Shown here: positions 56,677-64,000 of the stretch, piece by piece
Numbering within the stretch: the first letter of the stretch is position 1
Layout: each line of letters starts with the position of its first letter
Source: Candidatus Poribacteria bacterium
GTDB lineage: Bacteria; Poribacteria; WGA-4E; PCPOR2b
Reading direction: 5' to 3'
Assembly: GCA_965198175.1 (NCBI GenBank)
Contig: OZ240245.1
Coordinates: 3,675,030 to 3,739,029 of the forward strand
Length of the DNA: 64,000 nt
Notes under the pieces: model-generated
Told to the model about the DNA's origin: nothing
The model's input: only the letters and a program-made list of their open reading frames with translations
The model's database searches: none
Position numbers and translations under genes: made by a program

Positions 56677-57555
56677 CTATTTGACAGCCTTTATCCCTCC
56701 CCAGGTTGTTGATAATTTCTCAGCCGGCTCAACACCGAGGGCAGCGACTGCAAGCCCTTTCTGCATGATGGACGCAATCTCATCATCGCTCAAGACTCTG
56801 CTGAAAACCCCGATGTCGTCGACTGTAACTTGAGCAGAAGAGCCGAATCTGCCGCCAATGTGCCAGGGACCATGTTCAACGGTTCGAACAAAAGGTTTCG
56901 CACCGGCGCCCAGATGGACGAATTCACCATTCTGGAATACGACTGTCTCTTCACCGTTAGCCGTAAAGGCGTAGTGATTCATCTCCCCGCCGTTTGCGGG
57001 AAACTCCCAGTTTGTACCCTGGAAGGGTTTGCCATACTGCCACATGACAAACTCGCCCGCGCCGTCATCCCATGGAAAGTGGACCAGAATTCGGTTATCC
57101 CACGGACCACCGGGCTCATGGGCGAAGAGATCTCGCTGCGCCGCGCCACCGATTTTATCGTTGCGCTGCGCCCATACGGTAATGGTAATCGTTGTCTCGT
57201 CGGGAAGATTGCCGTCAGCCTCATCCTCCTCGTCGGGACCCAAACGGTCATCCTTGTTGAAATTCGGGATGTTGATGACGCTGCCATCCCCTTCACATTT
57301 CAGAGCTTTGCCGAACTTACCATCAACCCACTGTGGCCTTAGGTTGTCGCTATCGTTAGGTCCGCCTTCAAGCGAGCCGTCCATGCCCTTGGGGTTGCCA
57401 GAAGAATCTTCGGTTTTTTTACCTTCGCCTTCATCAAAGAGCCAAATTGCGACAATGTCGGCGGGGTCGAGTGCAGCATAAGTCGGGACTGTGAGCATTA
57501 ACCCGAAGAATGCAACAGTGCTGACACATGCCAGCGTTTTTAGACTTAATCTCAT
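56677..57555 (-). CDS. secreted LamG_3 domain protein, paralogue 3
   Basis: The SD GGAGG sits 10 nt upstream. It has a signal peptide and a LamG_3 body. Confidence 0.7.
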   Translation of the reverse strand: MRLSLKTLACVSTVAFFGLMLTVPTYAALDPADIVAIWLFDEGEGKKTEDSSGNPKGMDGSLEGGPNDSDNLRPQWVDGKFGKALKCEGDGSVINIPNFNKDDRLGPDEEDEADGNLPDETTITITVWAQRNDKIGGAAQRDLFAHEPGGPWDNRILVHFPWDDGAGEFVMWQYGKPFQGTNWEFPANGGEMNHYAFTANGEETVVFQNGEFVHLGAGAKPFVRTVEHGPWHIGGRFGSSAQVTVDDIGVFSRVLSDDEIASIMQKGLAVAALGVEPAEKLSTTWGGIKAVK

Positions 57556-58139
57556 TTTATATTACCTCCATTTTTGTTGGTGTATTTACCAACATCTTAG
57601 GATTGGTGTTTGGGTGACATCACCTAAACACCGGCTCAGAAATGTAGCGTCCAAAACAACGACTGCCACATCCCTTTCAGGAGCGGGGCGTTACACTTTC
57701 CGCTCAACACGCGCAACGCAATATCCTTCAAAATCATGGAAGGAATGCAACACTGCGCAAACTCGTAACAAAAACCTCGCCAATTTGCAAACCCTTCGGT
57801 AGATTCCATCACAATGACTAAACCGCAGGCTCGGATTCGTCAGGTCACAGTGACTCTTGCCAAACGAGTCAACAGCATCCGCTTTACGGAAAGCGAGCCA
57901 AAACTCAGTTGCGCCGTAGGGTCGTCCGCACCTACTTAGAGGCGGGCGGGCAAGAATTACAGCCTCGCTACTATAATTTTGTTTAGTATACTATATTCTG
58001 TTACATTATTGCAACAAAAAAATGACCTTATCTGTTGGATTTCATTGGAAAAGAAGAAAAAAGGACGGCATCACAAGCAATCATACCAACTCACTTCGAG
58101 TTGGGGGGTGAAATCTCACCGAAGATTCGTTAAAAACCG

Positions 58140-58997
58140 CTAGCTGTGCAAGACTTCCATGACAAGCGGGTGCAACCTCTTATTTGCAGCGACACAAGAA
58201 GTTCCACGAACTGCGTCACCTCCATCCCAAGATGTAATTACCCCGTGGGCGCCTCGAATTATGGGAACAACAGGAAGGATGTCCCACGGATTCACGATAG
58301 GGTCGAGCATGATGTCTGCTCCACCCGATGCGAGCATCAAATAACCGTAGCAGTCTCCCCACGTTCGAAAATACTTAATCTTTTGAGCCAAGCTCTCAAA
58401 CCCCGCCTTCTTTTGGTATTTGGGAACACTTAACACATCAGTTGTCAGCAGCGTTGCCTCAGAGAGCTTGTCAACGGTTCTCATCTGCACTCGGTTCCCG
58501 TTAACGGTTGTATGATTATTGTCACCAAGGCATAGTAGGTCTAAAATCGGTTGGTTGATTGCGCCCAAGATAGGTCGTCCTTCGTGAAGCAGACAAATCA
58601 GTGTGCCGAAAAGAGGGCACCCGCTTGCGAACGAGATTGTGCCGTCTATTGGGTCAAGCATCCAGACAAACTCAGCCGCCTCATTTTCGCTCCCATACTC
58701 CTCTCCGATAATGCCGTGGTTGGGGAATTCCCTTCGTATCAGATTGCGCATTACTTCTTCAGCCTGACGATCCGCCAGAGTTACAGGTGTTTCGTCTTCC
58801 TTCATTTCAACATCAAAATCTAAAGCTGCGAAGTGAGGTTTGATGACGTGCGCGCTTTCATCAGCAAGCCTATGAATAAAGCGGATAAATTCTTCATTCA
58901 CCACTGCACCATATTGTGTTAAAGACACATTAATACTCGATTCTAAAGGAGGTATATTCCTCGCCAAATGAACGTTCTTCGACTTTGACAGCGTCAA
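58140..58997 (-). CDS. inositol monophosphatase family protein (IMPase/HisN-like)
   Basis: Motifs include ..WMLDPIDGT.. and ..WDILPVVPII.. The start may lie downstream of 58997, because the ORF overlaps the acylphosphatase gene by 68 nt. Confidence 0.65.
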   Translation of the reverse strand: MTLSKSKNVHLARNIPPLESSINVSLTQYGAVVNEEFIRFIHRLADESAHVIKPHFAALDFDVEMKEDETPVTLADRQAEEVMRNLIRREFPNHGIIGEEYGSENEAAEFVWMLDPIDGTISFASGCPLFGTLICLLHEGRPILGAINQPILDLLCLGDNNHTTVNGNRVQMRTVDKLSEATLLTTDVLSVPKYQKKAGFESLAQKIKYFRTWGDCYGYLMLASGGADIMLDPIVNPWDILPVVPIIRGAHGVITSWDGGDAVRGTSCVAANKRLHPLVMEVLHS

Positions 58998-59199
58998 CCT
59001 TGGCTGCTGGTGGGCCTTTCCAAAGGATAGTCACAAATCGATGGAGCGTCGCTTTATCCCCTTCGGCGACAATCTCAACTCCGCCATCGGGGAGGTTCTT
59101 CACGTAGCCTTGGATGCCGAGCCTTTTTGCATTTTGTTGAGTAAAATAACGGAAATTAACATCCTGTACTCTACCGCTTATAAGAATGTAGCGTTGCAT
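58930..59199 (-). CDS. acyP: acylphosphatase
   Basis: The protein is 89 aa. Motifs include GRVQDVNFRYFT and ..GYVKNLPDGGVEIVAEG. Confidence 0.7.
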   Translation of the reverse strand: MQRYILISGRVQDVNFRYFTQQNAKRLGIQGYVKNLPDGGVEIVAEGDKATLHRFVTILWKGPPAAKVDAVKVEERSFGEEYTSFRIEY

Positions 59200-59401
59200 A
59201 TTCTGGTTGACCTAGATCGTGAATCAAGCAGTGGAAAAGTTGCTCGTTCATTTCGTTGGCAATTTCCTTGCCTGACTCGGAGGTGGATTTCGAATTAGCG
59301 TGCTGCAATAAAGACGGTGGTGTTCCTGCTTTGACGCCGAATTTTAATGCTGCCTTATGAATCTATTTTGCCAGCGAAGTCTCGGTACTCCCTGTCCAGC
59401 T

Positions 59402-61600
59402 TCAGTTGCCTGTTGAGAGTTTCAATTTTTTAAGCGTGAATGTCGTGTATTGTTCTTCGCCCTCAACTATTTGGATAATCTGATTCGACGGTACATCTCG
59501 GAATGTTTGGGTGAGGTTCGTGGTTGGCCAAAAGATTTCCAGACGTTCAATTTTTGAGGCGTCGCCCAAGCCAATGGTTTGCCGAAGCGGATTTCCCCCA
59601 AAGGTGCCGCCGCTGTTGACGTATTTGTAAATTGAGCGCGGTGAACCGTTTTCGATGACTTCGGCATGGATGCGCACGCCGATTGCCGATCGATTAGAGC
59701 GAACCCCAATGAGTCTTATGGCAATCCAGTGATTGCCGAAGCCCGGATTTTCATATAAGACATTCTTGTACGCGTCGCCGGGTAGCGCACCTCCCATTTG
59801 CTCAAAGATATCCTGATCGCCGTCGTTATCAAGATCGGCGAATGCCACACCGTGCCCCTTCTGCAAGTGGCTGAACCCGCCAGCAAAACTCACGTCTGCG
59901 AACCGTCGCCCACCCTGATTCCGGTACATGACGTTCGGCATGATATTCTCATAGTCCGGATATCCGGTGCCGAGGTAAAAATCGAGGTAGCCGTCGTTGT
60001 CCAAGTCCCAAAACCAAGCAGGAAAGCTGACCTCAGGAAGGTCAACGTTGAGTTTTCTAGCAACATTCGTAAATGTGCCGTCGCCGTTGTTGCGATACAA
60101 ACGATTGCCGCCCTTATAATTGGATACGTACAAATCAGGCCAACGATCGCCGTCGTAGTCGCCCCAGATCGCCGATTTGGAAAAACGATAATTCTGTACG
60201 CCCGCCTTCGCAGCCACATCGGTAAATGTACTGTCGCCGTTGTTGCGGAACAGTTGGCACGGTGCACGCAGCGCCTTAGAAGATTCGTTACCAATGTACA
60301 GATCGAGATCGCCGTCATTGTCGTAGTCGCCCCAGGAAGCCGTCCCGCAAGGATAATGCTCCTCGCCCAGACCGGCATCGAAAGTGACATCCGTGAATGC
60401 GGCGTCCCCGTTATTGCGCAGCAGGGAGTTCGGATGTTGTCCTTCATCCTCAATCCATGCGCCTCGCAGCACGAGGAAATCAGTGTCTCCATCGTTGTCA
60501 CAGTCCGCCTGTAACATGTTCAATCCACCGTACAAACCCATCAGCCCAGCTTCCCTTGTAAGGTCCGTAAAGGTGCCGTCTTGATTGTTCCTGAAGAAAC
60601 GCATCTGTCCGGAAGTGTCCCAAGTCGAGGTCACAATGTCGAGGTAGTTGTCATTGTCAAAATCATCCACAATCGCGCCGCCCGACAAATCGAACGTATC
60701 AAGCCCTAGTCTCGGCGCGATATTCGTGAATCGCGGTATTACCTCCTCTGATTCGAACGCCTTGGGTGGAATAAGGTAAGATTTGGGCACCTGCTCAGGA
60801 TAGCCTCCGATTGTCATATACGCAATGTTAATTAACCATTGTGCTGCTAGATGTAGAGATTCATGTTTTGGTGTATTCTGCAGAACTCCTTTGAAATAGG
60901 AAATTGCCTGTTGGGATGGCTCCTGCTGCGTATGAATTCCGCCTTCTCGTAAGGGCAGAATGCAGCTTTCGGCTGTGTGACGGAGACAGCAGTTCTGCGT
61001 TTCGCCGTGCCGCATGTATGCGACGCCAAGTCGAAAAAGACTATGGTTTACTACCTCCACCGGAACCGTGCTCTCCTGCAACCGGGTAAGTTGGAGCGCA
61101 CGCTCAAGGTAATCAATTCCTTCTACCTCATTTCCCAAGCGAAGTAGTGCGTGCCCTAACTGCATATAAGCCATCCATGTCGTTCGCACGGACGCGTCAG
61201 CAGGTAAGCTGGCAAGACGCTTGCGCAAAAATCGTTCATCTTCATTTCCCAAATACATGTTGTCGTCTGGGGTTCCATCAGCAATCTGCTTAAGGAGCGT
61301 TAGCATCCTTTGGTGACCTGACGCTGCTTTGGACGTCGCTATCTCCACAGGTGCTGATACCTCCGCTGGCGAAGCCGCAGATTCTGAATCCGCAAAACCG
61401 AAGACCCTGTCTTCTGCCAAAAACACACTCGCCGCACCAACACCCACTATTCCGATAAAAAACGGCGCAATTAAGCGAGATAAGATGAGATTTGCCTTCT
61501 TTTGGATGCCCAAACGCTCGCTCATTGAGATTGAATTAATCGCTTTTTGCTTTTTGCTTTTTGCTTTTTGCAGGAAGGAAATTATGCCGTCAAACTTCAA
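59402..61600 (-). CDS. FG-GAP/VCBS repeat protein with an N-terminal TPR-like region and a C-terminal ASPIC/UnbV domain
   Basis: It has multiple DxDNDGxxD repeats and the C-terminus ..SAIGVRIHAE..IFWPT. The likely true start is M26 at 61525, which is followed by a signal peptide. Confidence 0.7.
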   Translation of the reverse strand: MKFDGIISFLQKAKSKKQKAINSISMSERLGIQKKANLILSRLIAPFFIGIVGVGAASVFLAEDRVFGFADSESAASPAEVSAPVEIATSKAASGHQRMLTLLKQIADGTPDDNMYLGNEDERFLRKRLASLPADASVRTTWMAYMQLGHALLRLGNEVEGIDYLERALQLTRLQESTVPVEVVNHSLFRLGVAYMRHGETQNCCLRHTAESCILPLREGGIHTQQEPSQQAISYFKGVLQNTPKHESLHLAAQWLINIAYMTIGGYPEQVPKSYLIPPKAFESEEVIPRFTNIAPRLGLDTFDLSGGAIVDDFDNDNYLDIVTSTWDTSGQMRFFRNNQDGTFTDLTREAGLMGLYGGLNMLQADCDNDGDTDFLVLRGAWIEDEGQHPNSLLRNNGDAAFTDVTFDAGLGEEHYPCGTASWGDYDNDGDLDLYIGNESSKALRAPCQLFRNNGDSTFTDVAAKAGVQNYRFSKSAIWGDYDGDRWPDLYVSNYKGGNRLYRNNGDGTFTNVARKLNVDLPEVSFPAWFWDLDNDGYLDFYLGTGYPDYENIMPNVMYRNQGGRRFADVSFAGGFSHLQKGHGVAFADLDNDGDQDIFEQMGGALPGDAYKNVLYENPGFGNHWIAIRLIGVRSNRSAIGVRIHAEVIENGSPRSIYKYVNSGGTFGGNPLRQTIGLGDASKIERLEIFWPTTNLTQTFRDVPSNQIIQIVEGEEQYTTFTLKKLKLSTGN
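61542..61569. repeat. heptanucleotide tandem repeat (GCTTTTT)x4 on the plus strand, GCAAAAA on the coding strand
   Basis: There are four perfect 7-nt units. They lie in the 5' leader of gene 59402-61600, or in its N-terminal extension. Confidence 0.6.
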
Positions 61601-62088
61601 TGTATAGAACCATTTAGTTGGGTGTGATGTCTAATACCGTCCATTCCGGTTATTAGTGATGCCGTCCGTATTAGCGAGTTGTGATGAATCGCACAAGCCG
61701 TATCAATTGTTGACTCTTCTATTGATAAGCGTCAACTAGACTGCAAGCTGTTGCTTTTTTTTATTGGACAATTTGCGGCCATTGCTCTAAAATGGAATCG
61801 GATAGTATTCAGACTTACGCGACTCAGGAATTCAGAGCAAATGGAGTATTCCGAACTTCATTCGATACTTAATCCTATCACGAGAGAAATACCTTGTCAA
61901 GAAGCTAGCAAAGGAAATAGCATGTTCACGTAAATATGGATGGAACCATTATTTTCTGCTTGCGGATCGGCGAGGCTGTTTTTTCCATCTATTTTACAAA
62001 ACTCAGATCCCAATATTATCGCCCGATATTAACTTTATAAAATGGACCCGTCCCACGCGGCAAAGAAACATGAGAAAGGCTATAGTTA

Positions 62089-62712
62089 ATGAGCAAAACT
62101 CAACATCACAAGACGATACTACTCTTTGGAGCGCCAGGCGTAGGAAAGGGTACTCAAGGAAAGATCCTTGGATCAATACCAGGTTTTTTCCATCTATCCA
62201 GCGGCGATATTTTCCGCGCACTTGATGCCAATTCTGAAGTTGGCAAAATCTTCCATAACTATTCATCGCGCGGTGAACTTGTTCCCGACGACGCCACCAT
62301 TGCAATCTGTAGGGAGTATATCTCCAATCTTACAGGTGAAAACGGTTATAATCCGGACACAAGCTTGCTTATCCTAGACGGTATCCCGCGCAACGTTAAT
62401 CAAGCGCGGATGATGGAAGAGCACATCCGTGTGCACAATGTCCTCCACCTCGTTTGCGAAGATTTGGAAACACTAATCAATCGACTCCGTGGTCGCGCTA
62501 TCAAGGAAAATCGAACTGACGACGCCCGTGAGTCAGTCATCCGAAGGCGTTGGGAAGTTTATCGAGAAGAAACATCGCCTCTTCTTGACCACTATCCAGA
62601 GTCGATTATCTCAAATGTGAACGGAATCGGCAGTCCAGCCGAGGTCTTGTACCGGATTCTTGAAATTCTTGTGCCCCTGCAGAATGTCCACCTTAGCAAC
62701 TCACCCATTTAG
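62089..62712 (+). CDS. adk: adenylate kinase (short type)
   Basis: Motifs GAPGVGKGTQ, LILDGIPR and R..DD are present. Confidence 0.75.
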   Translation: MSKTQHHKTILLFGAPGVGKGTQGKILGSIPGFFHLSSGDIFRALDANSEVGKIFHNYSSRGELVPDDATIAICREYISNLTGENGYNPDTSLLILDGIPRNVNQARMMEEHIRVHNVLHLVCEDLETLINRLRGRAIKENRTDDARESVIRRRWEVYREETSPLLDHYPESIISNVNGIGSPAEVLYRILEILVPLQNVHLSNSPI

Positions 62713-62908
62713 TTGCGATTAACAGGTTGCTAGTGAATCTTGCCGTGTCATGAGGGCTGAATTACACCTTCTTAGGTAAACCAAAATCGAGTAAGAGCCG
62801 TCTTTTGCGTAAAGGCTTATAATAATGTTGGACAAGAAATAATGCTCACTCAGAAGGGGAAATACCAAGTGTTGACGAATACTCATTTGATTCAACGGAG
62901 AATTTGAC

Positions 62909-63907
62909 GTGATTGAAGTTGATAATCTCACAAAAAATTATGGCACGACTCAAGCTTTGAGAGGAGTTTCCTTTCGGATTGATAAAGGCGAAGTGGTTGG
63001 TTTTCTTGGTCCAAACGGCGCAGGGAAAACTACTGCGATGCGTATTCTGACTTGTTTCATGCCGGCAAGCGGCGGAAAAGCGACGGTGGCAGGCCACGAT
63101 GTATTCAAGGAATCCCTTGAAGTACGTAAGCGTATCGGCTATCTCCCAGAGAGTGTGCCGCTATACCCTGAGATGACCGTGACAGGCTATCTCAAATTTG
63201 TCTCAAAAATAAAAGGGACACCTCGTAGCAAGCGCGCTGCGAGATTAGATCTAGCCATTGATGCATGCGGATTGAATGACCATCGTAATCAGATTGTAGG
63301 TCAACTGTCCAAAGGGTTTCGCCAGCGCGTCGGCTTGGCGCAAGCCCTCATTCATGATCCAGATGTGCTCATCCTAGATGAACCCACGTCAGGGCTGGAT
63401 CCACGTCAGATTATCGAAATTCGCGGACTCATCAAGAACCTGGGTAAGGAGCGCACAATCATCCTCAGCACGCACATTCTCCCAGAGGCAAGTATGACCT
63501 GTGAACGGCTAATCGTGATCGATGAAGGGCGGATTACCGGGAATGTAAAGCTGTTGGAAGGACGCGCCGTCTCTATTGAGTCGGGCGATGGTGAACACAC
63601 TGAGCTTGGCAATTCAAAAACGCTTTTTCTTGAAGTGGAGGGGCCGGCTGACGCTGTTCTTGCAGCCTTAACTGAAACTCCAGATGTGAGCCACGTTGAA
63701 AGCCGAAGTCTGAGCAGTGGCAACAATCCAACTTTCCATGTCAGTTATGGTTCGAATACGGATATTCGCGCTCACGTCTCGTCGCGCATTATTCAGAACA
63801 ACTGGGGTTTGCTCGAAATGCGTTCGGTCGAAATGACGCTTGAGGAGCTCTTCTTGCAATTGACAAGGCAGGCGGAAAAGGAAACTTACGACGGAAAGGA
63901 TTCTTAG
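62909..63907 (+). CDS. ABC-2 type transporter ATP-binding protein (GldA-like)
   Basis: Walker A GPNGAGKTT, the signature LSKGFRQR and Walker B LILDEPTSGLD are present. Confidence 0.75.
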   Translation: MIEVDNLTKNYGTTQALRGVSFRIDKGEVVGFLGPNGAGKTTAMRILTCFMPASGGKATVAGHDVFKESLEVRKRIGYLPESVPLYPEMTVTGYLKFVSKIKGTPRSKRAARLDLAIDACGLNDHRNQIVGQLSKGFRQRVGLAQALIHDPDVLILDEPTSGLDPRQIIEIRGLIKNLGKERTIILSTHILPEASMTCERLIVIDEGRITGNVKLLEGRAVSIESGDGEHTELGNSKTLFLEVEGPADAVLAALTETPDVSHVESRSLSSGNNPTFHVSYGSNTDIRAHVSSRIIQNNWGLLEMRSVEMTLEELFLQLTRQAEKETYDGKDS

Positions 63908-64000
63908 GATCCTGGAGGATGCTTCGGGATACTGAGTGCAATCGAGGCGTCAAGCGTCGCGATATGGGTTTAAGTAGACTATCAACGCCTCGCGACTCTC

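Noticed and set aside
1-64000. tRNA, rRNA or tmRNA genes
   Set aside because: None of the intergenic regions longer than 150 bp showed the acceptor-stem/T-arm GTTC..GAAC pattern by eye. A proper tRNAscan or cmsearch run is needed to be sure.

Overview
This 64-kb window comes from a bacterium that uses sigma70-type promoters with Shine-Dalgarno (SD) ribosome-binding sites. One protein carries a type-A type IX secretion system (T9SS) C-terminal sorting domain (CTD), which suggests an FCB-group or related candidate-phylum lineage. Three regions stand out. (1) Positions 600-2700 hold a decayed CRISPR array. It has four identical 37-nt repeats plus several degenerate copies and two canonical 36-nt spacers. 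The other inter-repeat segments are 0.4-0.7 kb long and each carries one or two small ORFs with their own ribosome-binding sites. No cas genes lie in the window; a partial upstream ORF ends at 168. (2) Positions 3616-5098 form a repeat-rich cassette bounded by about 100-bp imperfect inverted repeats, and it carries a gene for a 241-aa secreted protein. (3) Positions 36978-57555 form a 20-kb minus-strand cell-envelope cluster. It contains a hexaheme cytochrome c and a WD40 beta-propeller with a T9SS CTD. It also contains two tandem 2.42-kb copies of a TonB-like plus TolB-like module, and two further TolB-like paralogues. All four TolB-like proteins share an unusual conserved C-terminal tail. 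The cluster further includes TPR proteins, a CRTAC1-type FG-GAP/ASPIC protein, a formylglycine-generating enzyme and three mosaic LamG-domain secreted paralogues. Between these regions lies ordinary metabolism. This includes a TatT/DctPQM TRAP transporter, a MATE pump, a LolA-like plus FtsX/ABC export cluster, and a PyrR-attenuated HD-pyrR-pyrC-carAB operon. It also includes a GAPDH-like gene, rsmB, adk and two FG-GAP/ASPIC proteins. In the track ORF at 1344-1649 my hand translation of the printed sequence differs by one A from the supplied ORF track. Coordinates elsewhere matched the track where checked.
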